From contig CAZIHJ010000004.1 in assembly GCA_964538485.1 (NCBI GenBank), positions 5,836 through 69,835 on the forward strand: a DNA stretch of 64,000 bases, given 5' to 3'. The stretch's first letter is position 1, and every line of letters begins with the position of its first letter. Source of the stretch: an uncultured Chitinophagales bacterium. GTDB taxonomy: Bacteria; Bacteroidota; Ignavibacteria; UBA10030; UBA6906. Of the stretch, positions 8,965 to 18,202 are shown in pieces. The notes beneath the pieces were generated by a model. The model did no database searches and had not been told where the DNA came from. It was given only the letters and a program-made list of their open reading frames with translations. The translations under genes and the position numbers were made by a program.

Positions 8965-10038
8965 TCACGAAACCATGACAGTAGCATCCGCATCAATCAC
9001 TTCGGAGGATTGAGCACCCATTCTTCTCAGTGATCCCGGTTTATACACCCGCCACATCGAATCAGCGAAGTAGCGGCGCGAATCGAAGAGATGCTCGTAC
9101 ACTTCAAAGCCTGTCTCCCCTGCAAGTTGCTCGATCTCAGAAACGAGATATTTGTAGGAATATTCCGTGTGAATTGGCTCCCATGCCTCAAAATGAAACC
9201 ACCTCCCGATCTTTTCAACGAACACCGATTGCTTCTCGAGGCTCACGACATAACTCTCCATTCCACCGGAAAACACATCGTAGGTCCCGAAGTGGCGCCA
9301 TTTGCTCACATCGAAGTTTCCCCCGAGCTCCCGATTGATGCGATGAAGGAGGTTCAAATTAAAGTCCCGCGTTACTCCCTGAGAATCATTGTAAGCCCGG
9401 AGCAACATGTCGATGTCCTTCTTCAGATCAAAACCGATAAGAATCACATCATCATGATTGAGACAATTCCAGAGATTCCGCAAGAGGACGCAGTTTTCGG
9501 CATGCGTGAAATTCCCGATGGAAGAGCCCATAAAAAGAACGAGGTTCTTTCGTTTCGAACGATTGTTCAGCCATTTTAATCCGTTGAAATAGTCGGTGAC
9601 AAGTCCATTCGCCTGAAGAGCCGGGAACTGATTGTCGAGTGACGCTATGAGCGCTTGCATAGCACCCTCGGAGATATCAATAGGAACATATTGAAAGTCG
9701 AGCTTCTGCTCGATAAAGCAATTCAAGAGTGTTGTTGTTTTCCTGCTGAATCCAGCCCCAAGTTCCACGAGATTAAATGGCTGATCGTAATCGACGTAGT
9801 GCGCAATGGTAGAGCTGTTCCGTTGTATGATTTCCAGTTCGCAGCCGGTGGGATAGTATTCCGGCAATTCAGTGATCCTGGTGAAGAGCTCACTCCCCCG
9901 TTTGTCATAGAAATATTTGGAGGAGAGTTTTTTCTTCGGTGATGAAAGCCCTACCAGGACATCAAGGGCGAACGCATCTGTCTCGTTGAACGAGTCAGCG
10001 TAGTCGGTTTCGTGAAGAATCTTATACGTTGGTGGCAT
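8965..10038 (-). CDS. egtD: L-histidine N-alpha-methyltransferase (ergothioneine biosynthesis, EgtD)
   Basis: 357 aa. YFYDKRGSELFTRITELPEYYPTGCELEII matches the EgtD hallmark WFYDxxGSxLFxxIxxLPEYYPTRxExxIL, followed by the ELGAG SAM-binding motif. Confidence 0.8.
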   Translation of the reverse strand: MPPTYKILHETDYADSFNETDAFALDVLVGLSSPKKKLSSKYFYDKRGSELFTRITELPEYYPTGCELEIIQRNSSTIAHYVDYDQPFNLVELGAGFSRKTTTLLNCFIEQKLDFQYVPIDISEGAMQALIASLDNQFPALQANGLVTDYFNGLKWLNNRSKRKNLVLFMGSSIGNFTHAENCVLLRNLWNCLNHDDVILIGFDLKKDIDMLLRAYNDSQGVTRDFNLNLLHRINRELGGNFDVSKWRHFGTYDVFSGGMESYVVSLEKQSVFVEKIGRWFHFEAWEPIHTEYSYKYLVSEIEQLAGETGFEVYEHLFDSRRYFADSMWRVYKPGSLRRMGAQSSEVIDADATVMVS

Positions 10039-10050
10039 GGTTCCTCCGTT

Positions 10051-11370
10051 TCACATGGTGTCGGATGCAAGGCGAAATCCCGTGAACTGCCAGCGCTTAT
10101 CACACTGGAAGAAGTTGCGGTACGTTGGCCGGATGTGTGTCCGCGGAGTAGCGCACGATCCTCCACGCAGAGTCATCTGGTTGATCATGAACTTTCCATT
10201 ATATTCCCCGAGAGGTCCCTTCTCCTGCTGGTAGCCAGGGTATGGTAAGTAGGAACTGCCCGTCCATTCCCACACATCACCATACATTTGCGAAATTCCC
10301 GACGTATCAACTCCCGGGGCATGACCGAGAGGAACGGGATGAAAGTTCTGCATTTCGAGAAAGTTTCCGCACGAAGCCGATGTCTTTACTGATGCTGCAG
10401 CCTTCTCCCACTCAACCTCCGTTGGCAATCGTTTGTCCGCCCATCGGGCGTACGCCGATGCTTCGTAATAGCTCACATGACTCACCGGTTCATCCTTTTC
10501 TATTGAGCGAATGCCTGACATTGTAACGATCCGCCATTCTCCATCTTTCTTCTCCCAGTACAATGGAGCTTGCCATCCATCTTTCGTCACGATCTCCCAC
10601 CCGTCCGAAAGCCAGAGAAGGGGATTCTGATAACCGCCGTCATTCATGAACTCCAGGAAATCTCCGCAAGTCACCAGACGATCCATCAACCCGAAGTCAT
10701 TCACAAACGCTTTGTGCCGGGGCAACTCATTATCCCAGGCGAAGCCTTTGTTTCCTGCACCCATTTCAAAGATGCCTCCCTGAATACCAATGAATTTCAC
10801 AGGAGAGAGAAGAGGTTTGGTCATTTGGGGTCGGGTCTGCTTGTACACGGGACGAAGGGGATTCGATGCGAGTAAATGCTTGATATCGGTAACCAGAAGC
10901 TCTTGGTGCTGTTGCTCATGGTGGAGACCCAATTCAATCAGCGCAGAAACCTTTCGGTAATCATTTTCTCCGACAGATTGAATAAGCGAACGCGTTTGTT
11001 CGTTGATTGCAGTCCGGTAATCGTAGACGTCCTTAACGGTCGGCCGTGAGAGTGTTCCCCGAATGTCCCTGCTCCATCGCTCACCGAAGCTCTGATAGTA
11101 AGAGTTGAAAAGAACGTAGTAATGTTCGTTGTACGGTTGATAGGTTCGGGAGAACTGCTGCAGGATCACCCGTTCAAAGAACCAGGTGGTATGGGCGAGA
11201 TGCCATTTCGGTGGACTGACATCAGCCATGGACTGGATGACGTAGTCTTCCGTAACAAGCGGTTGACAAATTTCTTCTGTCACCCGCCGGACGCTGTCAA
11301 ATGCAGCCAGCAGATCGTGTCGTTCCATTGGAGCCCTCATGATTGGATGCTGATGAATTCGTGTCTGCAT
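10051..11370 (-). CDS. egtB: Ergothioneine biosynthesis sulfoxide synthase EgtB (DinB_2 + FGE-sulfatase domains)
   Basis: 439 aa. KWHLAHTTWFFE, HHEQQHQELL (DinB-like iron site), RLPTEVEWEKAA and LRGGSCATPRTHIRPTYRNF..FTGFRLA (FGE-sulfatase C-domain) align with Mycobacterium EgtB landmarks. Confidence 0.8.
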   Translation of the reverse strand: MQTRIHQHPIMRAPMERHDLLAAFDSVRRVTEEICQPLVTEDYVIQSMADVSPPKWHLAHTTWFFERVILQQFSRTYQPYNEHYYVLFNSYYQSFGERWSRDIRGTLSRPTVKDVYDYRTAINEQTRSLIQSVGENDYRKVSALIELGLHHEQQHQELLVTDIKHLLASNPLRPVYKQTRPQMTKPLLSPVKFIGIQGGIFEMGAGNKGFAWDNELPRHKAFVNDFGLMDRLVTCGDFLEFMNDGGYQNPLLWLSDGWEIVTKDGWQAPLYWEKKDGEWRIVTMSGIRSIEKDEPVSHVSYYEASAYARWADKRLPTEVEWEKAAASVKTSASCGNFLEMQNFHPVPLGHAPGVDTSGISQMYGDVWEWTGSSYLPYPGYQQEKGPLGEYNGKFMINQMTLRGGSCATPRTHIRPTYRNFFQCDKRWQFTGFRLASDTM

Positions 11371-11546
11371 GAATGTGCTGAAGAAGTATCACGAAAGTGT
11401 CAACGCCAGGTAAACCTGTGGTGATAATTCGATGAGCATCGACATAGATCTTTTATCCCGGATGGACCGTTTCGTGACCATCGGCAGGCATATTGTATTC
11501 CATCAACAATGAACGATCACTACCACCAGTTAGCAAGGAGGCGGGA

Positions 11547-11756
11547 ATGCGAGTACATGAGGTATTGTTTGATGATTTTTTTGCAAGAAGAATCCCCGAT
11601 GAAGGATTCACGCTTGAGGAAGTCTATGAGGAATACTTTGGATTGATCCACGAGAGGCAGGAGAATCGCCCTGAATTGCATGGGCACGTTGTAACAATGG
11701 ATGGAAACGTTGTTGTCCCGGAATTGCGACCGTCAGTCGCACCGTTCGCAGCATAA
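11547..11756 (+). CDS. Small acidic hypothetical protein (69 aa)
   Basis: ATG MRVHEVLFDDFF... preceded by a strong RBS AAGGAGG with 6-nt spacing. Sub-ORF of listed ORF 11493..11756. No recognised domain. Confidence 0.35.
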   Translation: MRVHEVLFDDFFARRIPDEGFTLEEVYEEYFGLIHERQENRPELHGHVVTMDGNVVVPELRPSVAPFAA

Positions 11757-11778
11757 CTTATCATCATTGGAGGTACCT

Positions 11779-11931
11779 ATGGACGCGTTTGACTATGATA
11801 CCATCGCCCCTGTCATTAACGATTACATCGGTGACGAACTCACATTCGAAGACTTGAAAAAGGGCTTCTCGGCATTCCTCGAAGACGAACGATCAGAGTC
11901 CATTGCATTGGTTGCGGTCGAAACCAGATGA
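11779..11931 (+). CDS. Small acidic hypothetical protein (50 aa), translationally coupled to the MIP channel gene
   Basis: MDAFDYDTIAPVINDYIGDELTFEDLKKGFSAFLEDERSESIALVAVETR. RBS GGAGGT 5 nt upstream. Its TGA overlaps the ATG of the next gene (ATGA at 11928-11931). Confidence 0.4.
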   Translation: MDAFDYDTIAPVINDYIGDELTFEDLKKGFSAFLEDERSESIALVAVETR

Positions 11932-12713
11932 ATGACGCTTTGCGAAAACACTGGCCCGAATATCTCATGGAAGCGGCAGAGCTCGGGATCTTCATGATCT
12001 CCGCAGCAACGGTCGGCGTCTTGTTGGGGCATCCGAATTCGATCATTCATCAATCACTGCCCGACCCATTCGTACGGCGTGTTCTGGGAGGATGTGCCAT
12101 GGGCATCACAGCGATCTGTCTTATCTACTCACCGTGGGGAAAACAGTCGGGTGCACATATGAATCCAGCTCTGACTCTGACATTTCTCCGACTCGGCAAA
12201 ATCAAACGGTTGGATGCTCTCTTCTATATTTTCGCCCAGTTTGCGGGTGGAGTTACAGGAGTCGTCGTTGCAAAGACATTTCTTGGAGCCAGTTTGGGTC
12301 ATCCGTCGGTGAACTATGTCGCTACACTGCCCGGACCATGGGGAAGTGGGGCCGCATTCGCTGGAGAGTTTGTCATTGCCTTTCTAATGATGTCAATGGT
12401 CCTCTGGGCATCCCACTCGGCAACTCTTTCACCCTACACAGGTCTATTTGCGGGCCTTCTCGTGGCGTTGTACATCACACTTGAAGATCCGCTCTCCGGT
12501 ATGAGCATGAACCCCGCGCGAACATTTGGTTCGGCTATCTCAGCAATGCGATGGGATGCGCTGTGGATTTACTTCACAGCCCCTCCTCTTGCGATGCTTT
12601 TGGCAGGGGAAATGTACATCAGGCGAAAGGGACAACTGGCGGTTGCTTGTGCCAAGTTCCATCATGAGAATGACAAGCGTTGCATCCATTGCGGCGCAAA
12701 CATGAACACGTGA
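11928..12713 (+). CDS. MIP family channel (aquaporin/aquaglyceroporin-like) with a Cys/His-rich C-terminal tail
   Basis: 261 aa. Two NPA boxes (SGAHMNPALT and GMSMNPART), six predicted TM segments. Tail CAKFHHENDKRCIHCGANMNT. Confidence 0.8.
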   Translation: MNDALRKHWPEYLMEAAELGIFMISAATVGVLLGHPNSIIHQSLPDPFVRRVLGGCAMGITAICLIYSPWGKQSGAHMNPALTLTFLRLGKIKRLDALFYIFAQFAGGVTGVVVAKTFLGASLGHPSVNYVATLPGPWGSGAAFAGEFVIAFLMMSMVLWASHSATLSPYTGLFAGLLVALYITLEDPLSGMSMNPARTFGSAISAMRWDALWIYFTAPPLAMLLAGEMYIRRKGQLAVACAKFHHENDKRCIHCGANMNT

Positions 12714-12755
12714 TTTGGAATCCAGTCCTTCAACCAACCATCAACGAGGTCTATC

Positions 12756-13607
12756 ATGAAACATGTGCTTTCTGCACTCTTACTATCGCTTATCTTTTCC
12801 AGCTTGAGCCATGCCCAGGTTATATCCAAGAAGACTCTGACGCTCGAGGGGGCCAAACGGGTCATTGGAGCAGCCGTGGAAGAAGCAAAGAGACTCAACG
12901 CACCCGGTGGGGCGATTGCGGTCGTAGATGATGGCGGCAATCTTATCGCGGTCGAACGTCTCGATGGCACATTTGCCGCGGGAGCTCTCATCTCGATCGG
13001 TAAGGCCCGCACATCCGCTCTCTTCAAAAGACCGACCAGTTTCTTCGAGGATGTCATCAAGAAGGGTCGGACGCCCATGGTCGCGTTGAATGATTTTACT
13101 CCACTGCAGGGCGGCGTTCCGATCGAAGTTGATGGACAAGTCGTCGGTGCAGTCGGCGTGAGCGGCGCATCAAGCGCTCAACAGGATGAAGAGCTTGCGC
13201 TTGCCGGAGTGAAGGCACTGCAAGGGGGAACGGGAGGCAACATGGACGTGAAGTATTTCAAGGGTAACTCTGTCGCCGAGGCATTTAAGAAAGGGATGCC
13301 CCTCGTTGAAAACGGTCAGTATAAAGTCCATGCGAGTCACCGTGATGGTCCCGGTATGGCCGAGGTGCATACGAGGGATACTGATATCATTTATGTGCAG
13401 GAAGGAAATGCGACCCTCGTCATCGGCGGGACAGTTGTGGATGGAAAGCAAATCGAAACAAATGAAATTCGTGGGGTGTCAATCGTGAATGGTGAGACCA
13501 GGGCCCTTGCGAAAGGCGATGTCGTCGTGGTGCCGAACGGGATTCCGCACTGGTTTAAAGAGGTGCGCGGACCGCTCAATTACTATGTCGTAAAGGTAAC
13601 CGAATAG
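12756..13607 (+). CDS. Exported GlcG/HbpS-like (DUF336) domain fused to a C-terminal cupin domain
   Basis: Signal peptide MKHVLSALLLSLIFSSLSHAQ. GlcG-like segment GGAIAVVDDGGNLIAVERLDG...VGAVGVSGASSAQQDEELA. C-terminal cupin-like beta-barrel ...IYVQEGNATLVIGG...GDVVVVPNGIPHWF. Confidence 0.7.
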   Translation: MKHVLSALLLSLIFSSLSHAQVISKKTLTLEGAKRVIGAAVEEAKRLNAPGGAIAVVDDGGNLIAVERLDGTFAAGALISIGKARTSALFKRPTSFFEDVIKKGRTPMVALNDFTPLQGGVPIEVDGQVVGAVGVSGASSAQQDEELALAGVKALQGGTGGNMDVKYFKGNSVAEAFKKGMPLVENGQYKVHASHRDGPGMAEVHTRDTDIIYVQEGNATLVIGGTVVDGKQIETNEIRGVSIVNGETRALAKGDVVVVPNGIPHWFKEVRGPLNYYVVKVTE

Positions 13608-13648
13608 AAGAAAACGACCAGAATCCACACTACATCAAGGAGAACGTC

Positions 13649-15340
13649 ATGAAATTGAAATACACATTACTACTGCCAATCCTTTCGGTTATTTGCATGG
13701 GTTCCTCAGCCCGTGTAAACGCCGAACTTCCTGCGGGTGCGGCTGCTGCAACGGTTGATCTCGCAACTGACGCGGGTGTTGCACTCGTGAAAGGTCAATG
13801 GAGATACAGTGAAACGAAGATCATCGAAACAGACTTTTGGGAGCCCGGACCGGATGGTCAACCGGGAACCACGCCGACGAAAACATACGACTACGCTCCG
13901 CACGCTGGTGGAGTGAACTTTGATGATTCACAATGGGAAATAGTACCTCCGACCTCACTCTCAAAGCGCAGAGGCAACGGCCGGCTCTTCTTCAACTGGT
14001 ATCGCATCGCGATCACCGTGCCGGAGAAGATCGATGATATGTCCGCGTCCGGTTCAACTGTAGTGTTCTCTACCTCGCTTGATGACTATGCCGAAATTTG
14101 GGTGGATGGGGAATTGAGCCGTTCCCTTGGACAGTCAGGTGGTTCCATCGTTGCGGGGTGGAATGCAGAGAATAAGCTTGTAATCGGTCGCAACGTAAGG
14201 CCCGGACAGGTGATTCAGCTTGCGGTCTTCGGCATCAATGGTCCGATCTCCAACCCCCCTGCGAATTACATTTACCTGCGATATGCAACGCTTGAGTTTC
14301 ATCCCGGCTCGTACGCTCCTGTTGCCCTGACTCCAACCGAAGTGAATGTTGAGGTGGATCGGCATGATCCCGCCATCAATGCAATCGTTTCACTCAATCC
14401 AAAGATATTCAAGTTGGCGGATGGGTTTCGGTTTACTGAGGGACCAATCTGGGTAAGAGACGGCAAGTATCTTCTCTTCAGCGATCCGAACAGTAACATC
14501 ATCTGGAAATACACAAGCGATGGCAAACTCTCCGTTTTCCGGGAGAAGAGTGGCTACGCAGGAGCGGATATTGGTGAATACGGTCAGCCCGGCTCCAACG
14601 GCATGACCGTGGATCCGCAGGGAAGACTGACAATCGACCAGCATGGGAACCATCAAATCATCCGGATTGAGAATGATGGCAACGAGACAGTCCTTGCGGA
14701 CAAGTATCAGGGCAAGCGACTCAATAGTCCAAACGACCTCGTTTATCGCTCCGATGGAACACTGTTCTTCACCGATCCTCCGTTCGGATTGCCGAAGGTC
14801 TTCGATGACCCGCGCAAAGAGTTGAGCTTCAGCGGGGTTTACTCGATCTACAAAAGAAAGCTCCAACTGCTGACAAGAGAATTCACCGGCCCGAATGGTA
14901 TTGCCCTTTCTCCTGACGAAAAGTATCTCTATGTCGGCAATTGGGATGAGAAGGCAAAAGTAGTAAAGCGATACGAAGTGAACGCGGACGGTACGGTGAA
15001 AAATGGGACGCTCTTCTACGATTTCACCAGCGCGCCCGGTGAAGATGCGATAGACGGTGTAAAAGTCGATCAACTCGGCAATGTCTACGTGTCGGGTCCG
15101 GGTGGGTTGTGGATAATCTCCGCACAGGGCAAGCATCTGGGGACAATCAAAGCGCCCAAGCATATCCACAATATGGCTTGGGGAGATGATGATGGAAAGA
15201 CATTGTACCTATGCGCACGTGGATCATTGTACCGGATGAGGCTGAGCGTCGCCGGAGCCGGATTAAACATTGGAGCCCCCGCATTGGGAAGCAACCAGGG
15301 AACTCACCAAACCGACCACGGGGAGATCTACAATAAATGA
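13649..15340 (+). CDS. Exported two-domain protein: N-terminal jelly-roll-like domain + SMP-30/gluconolactonase/LRE-like beta-propeller
   Basis: 563 aa with signal peptide. The C-terminal half (FRFTEGPIWVRDGKYLLFSDPNSNIIWKY...GKRLNSPNDLVYRSDGTLFFTDPPFGLP) is a paralog of 17177..18202. The antisense 259-aa ORF 14390..15169 is rejected. Confidence 0.75.
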   Translation: MKLKYTLLLPILSVICMGSSARVNAELPAGAAAATVDLATDAGVALVKGQWRYSETKIIETDFWEPGPDGQPGTTPTKTYDYAPHAGGVNFDDSQWEIVPPTSLSKRRGNGRLFFNWYRIAITVPEKIDDMSASGSTVVFSTSLDDYAEIWVDGELSRSLGQSGGSIVAGWNAENKLVIGRNVRPGQVIQLAVFGINGPISNPPANYIYLRYATLEFHPGSYAPVALTPTEVNVEVDRHDPAINAIVSLNPKIFKLADGFRFTEGPIWVRDGKYLLFSDPNSNIIWKYTSDGKLSVFREKSGYAGADIGEYGQPGSNGMTVDPQGRLTIDQHGNHQIIRIENDGNETVLADKYQGKRLNSPNDLVYRSDGTLFFTDPPFGLPKVFDDPRKELSFSGVYSIYKRKLQLLTREFTGPNGIALSPDEKYLYVGNWDEKAKVVKRYEVNADGTVKNGTLFYDFTSAPGEDAIDGVKVDQLGNVYVSGPGGLWIISAQGKHLGTIKAPKHIHNMAWGDDDGKTLYLCARGSLYRMRLSVAGAGLNIGAPALGSNQGTHQTDHGEIYNK

Positions 15341-16284
15341 AAGAGAATCTTATGAAGTGGCTCTACGCTCTCCCTTTCTTTCTCACAAGCTGCGTTGGGA
15401 CGGAATATATCGATGACCCGGTTTCACCCGAACAGGTTGCGTCGCGGGTAGTGATTTCTCCTTTGAATGCGGCGGTTCAGGTTGGATTCAGTTTGCAGTT
15501 GCATGCTGCGCTGGTAAATTCTGTTGGAGACAGCTCCTTACCTCAGGAAGTGCAATGGTCCAGCTCGAACACGACGGTGGCTACAGTCAATCCCGGCGGT
15601 CTTCTTGTTGGGTTGCAGCCGGGGCAAGTACGGATTTCAGCCCGGCATATTGATCTGGTGAGTTCGCCCGCGCTCGTCACGGTCGTTGCAGATCCAAATC
15701 AGGTTGCCCGGGTTGTCGTGTCGCCTCATGCTGTACAACGGAACATCGGTGGAATGCAGCAGTTCACCGCAACTGCATACAATTTGAGCGGCGATGTGCT
15801 GGCGGGAAGAATTCCGGCGTGGGCCAGTTCCAACACGTCAGCTGTCTCAATCAATTCGAACGGGCTTGCGACGGCTCTCACTGAGGGTGCAGCATCAATC
15901 AGTGCAGTCATTGACGGAATCGAAAGCGGGCCCTCTCTGTTTACCGTTGTCGATAATGTCGTAAGCCGGACGGGAACATTTGTCATGCGACCGGGTAGCG
16001 GTCACAACGTGCAGGGAACAGCAACTCTCAGCCGTCGAACAAACGGCAGCCTGGTTCTTGCGTTTGGATCAGACTTTGCCAGCGCAGGTGGGCCGGATGT
16101 CGAAGTATATCTTTCAACTACAAACTCCGTCGGGGCAAACAGCATCAGTGTAGGTAACCTCCAGAGGTTCTCGGGTGCCCAAAGCTACAATGTGCCTTCC
16201 GGAGTCCAGTTGAACAGTTATGATTGGGTCATCATTCACTGCGTGCCATTTAATATCACGTTCGGCTATGCACGCCTGCAGTAA
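15337..16284 (+). CDS. Lipoprotein with bacterial Ig-like (Big_2) repeats and a C-terminal DM13 domain
   Basis: Lipobox FFLTSC. Two Big_2-like repeats (...VQWSSSNTTVATVNPGGLLVGLQPGQVRISA... and ...PAWASSNTSAVSINSNGLATALTEGAASISA...). The C-terminal ~100 aa (GSGHNVQGTATLSRRTNGSLVLAFGSDFASAGGPDVEVYLS...) has the same architecture as the two repeats in 21994..22851. The ATGA overlap with the upstream gene suggests translational coupling. Confidence 0.65.
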   Translation: MKENLMKWLYALPFFLTSCVGTEYIDDPVSPEQVASRVVISPLNAAVQVGFSLQLHAALVNSVGDSSLPQEVQWSSSNTTVATVNPGGLLVGLQPGQVRISARHIDLVSSPALVTVVADPNQVARVVVSPHAVQRNIGGMQQFTATAYNLSGDVLAGRIPAWASSNTSAVSINSNGLATALTEGAASISAVIDGIESGPSLFTVVDNVVSRTGTFVMRPGSGHNVQGTATLSRRTNGSLVLAFGSDFASAGGPDVEVYLSTTNSVGANSISVGNLQRFSGAQSYNVPSGVQLNSYDWVIIHCVPFNITFGYARLQ

Positions 16285-16303
16285 AACTCAAATAGGGGCA
16301 CTC

Positions 16304-17164
16304 ATGTTCACAACCTTACTTCTCCGGACGGGCCTCATCGTCCTGCTCATCTCAGTTGCAACCGAGTCACTCACGGCCGGAGGCTGGACACTGCAAGAGG
16401 GGCGAGGATTCTACAAGCTTGGCTTTCAACTGATCAACGCCAGGGAATTCTACGAACCGAGTGGGAACAAGACTTCGATTACACCGCTTGGAGACTACAC
16501 GGTGAGTGTCTATGCGGAATATGGAGTAACGGATTGGGTTACGGGAACCGCCTACGTTCCGTTCTACAAGCGAAATACTCTGGACCGGGTGGTGGGTCGA
16601 CAGAGCGGCGTGACGTATTTTGAAGGCGACCAGACATCACACTTTGCCGATGTAACCTTGGGTGCGCGTATTGGCATTATTCGGCAGTCGCCCACAGTGC
16701 TGGCTCTCAGTGTGCAACTCGGGTTGCCATTGGGCAACTCGACGCAGCCCAACGGACTCCTCTCCGGCGATGGCGAGTTCAATCAACTCGTGTCAGTGGA
16801 GATTGGCCATTCACTCCATCCCCTGCCGATGTTTGCAACTGTTAATGCAGGTTTCAATAATCGGACACGCGGTTTCTCTGACGAGTTCAGCTACGGCGCA
16901 CAGGTTGGGTACACCTTTGAGCATCTGGTGACGCTCATTGCGCACTGTCACGGGGTGGAATCGCTGAACAATGGCTCAACAGATGTGACAGGAGGCGTGA
17001 GTGGTCTTTACGCGAACAACCAGAGGTTCCTGGGGTTTGGTCTGGAGTGCATGTACAAGCTCACAGAGGCCTATGGTATATCTCTCAGTGCCGCCACCGC
17101 AACTAGAGGAAGGAATGTCCTTTCAGCAATAAAGTATTCGATCGGCTTCTCTTTAAAAATATAG
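16304..17164 (+). CDS. Outer-membrane beta-barrel protein; paralog of 688..1542
   Basis: Start at MFTTLLLRTGLIVLLISVATESLTAGGW (ATG at 16304, after the upstream TAA at 16282-16284). Shares LLSGDGEFN and the overall strand pattern with the 688..1542 product. Confidence 0.6.
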   Translation: MFTTLLLRTGLIVLLISVATESLTAGGWTLQEGRGFYKLGFQLINAREFYEPSGNKTSITPLGDYTVSVYAEYGVTDWVTGTAYVPFYKRNTLDRVVGRQSGVTYFEGDQTSHFADVTLGARIGIIRQSPTVLALSVQLGLPLGNSTQPNGLLSGDGEFNQLVSVEIGHSLHPLPMFATVNAGFNNRTRGFSDEFSYGAQVGYTFEHLVTLIAHCHGVESLNNGSTDVTGGVSGLYANNQRFLGFGLECMYKLTEAYGISLSAATATRGRNVLSAIKYSIGFSLKI

Positions 17165-17176
17165 AGGAGAATCCTC

Positions 17177-18202
17177 ATGAACAGAAAGTCTTGGGGGGTT
17201 GTCATTGCATTTTTAATAGGTCTTTCGGTGCAACAGGTGATCCCGGGAAATAGTCGGAAGGATCCGGAATACCTTCCCCGCATCGTGCGACTCGACAAGC
17301 GTATTGACGCATTGGTTCCGCAGGGTGCGAAATTGGAGAAGGTCGCTGAAGGTTACACCTGGCTCGAAGGACCGGTTTGGAGTCGCAAGGGACGCTATCT
17401 TCTGTTCTCGGACATTCCGGCAAATTCGATATTTATGTGGAAGGAAAGCAAGGGCGTAAGCCTTTTCATGAAGCCGAGCGGCTATACTGGTTCGTCGAAA
17501 TTTGAAGGAAAAGAACCCGGGTCCAACGGACTCACATTCGATCTTGATGGGCGCCTCGTGATTTGCGAACATGGCGATCGCCGTATCACCCGTGTCGAAG
17601 CCAACGGTCTCAAGACTGTCCTCGCCGACCGATTTGATGGCAAGCGGCTCAATAGTCCGAACGACGTTGTGTTCATGTCCAACGGGGACATGTACTTCAC
17701 CGATCCTCCATTCGGACTTCCACAGGCATTTGATGACCCAGCGCGAGAGCTTGAGTTCTGCGGCGTATTCAGGCTTTCAACCGGGGGAACGCTCACCCTC
17801 CTCACAAAAGATATCAAAGCGCCAAACGGGTTGGCATTCTCGCCCGACGAGAAAAAACTCTACGTCACGGACGTAGATCCAAACCGGTCTGCATGGCTTG
17901 TCTATGATGTACAGACTGATGGCACGATTGCCAACGGCCGCATCTTCCACGATGCAACTGTATTCAGAAAGCGATGGCCGGGGGCTCCAGATGGAATAAA
18001 GGTCGACAGACAAGGAAACGTCTACGGTGCCGGGCCGGGCGGCGTTTACATCTTTGCTCCGGATGGAGTGCTTCTCGGCCTGTTCGAGACCGGTACGGCA
18101 ACATCTAACTGCTGTTGGGAAGAAGATGGCTCCGTCTTATATGTTACGGCGGGGACATCAGTGTTCCGCATAGTATTACACACGGGTCGGAATGGAGGTT
18201 GA
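17177..18202 (+). CDS. SMP-30/gluconolactonase/LRE family protein (exported)
   Basis: 341 aa with signal peptide. LEGPVWSRKGRYLLFSDIPANSIFMW...GKRLNSPNDVVFMSNGDMYFTDPPFGLP is a six-bladed propeller lactonase signature. Confidence 0.8.
   Translation: MNRKSWGVVIAFLIGLSVQQVIPGNSRKDPEYLPRIVRLDKRIDALVPQGAKLEKVAEGYTWLEGPVWSRKGRYLLFSDIPANSIFMWKESKGVSLFMKPSGYTGSSKFEGKEPGSNGLTFDLDGRLVICEHGDRRITRVEANGLKTVLADRFDGKRLNSPNDVVFMSNGDMYFTDPPFGLPQAFDDPARELEFCGVFRLSTGGTLTLLTKDIKAPNGLAFSPDEKKLYVTDVDPNRSAWLVYDVQTDGTIANGRIFHDATVFRKRWPGAPDGIKVDRQGNVYGAGPGGVYIFAPDGVLLGLFETGTATSNCCWEEDGSVLYVTAGTSVFRIVLHTGRNGG

Noticed and set aside
9030-9942. Plus-strand ORFs 9030..9338, 9091..9579, 9655..9942
   Set aside because: Antisense to egtD, which has a textbook EgtD N-terminal motif.
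14390-15169. 259-aa minus-strand ORF
   Set aside because: Antisense to the SMP-30/gluconolactonase-like gene, which has a strong paralog at 17177..18202.
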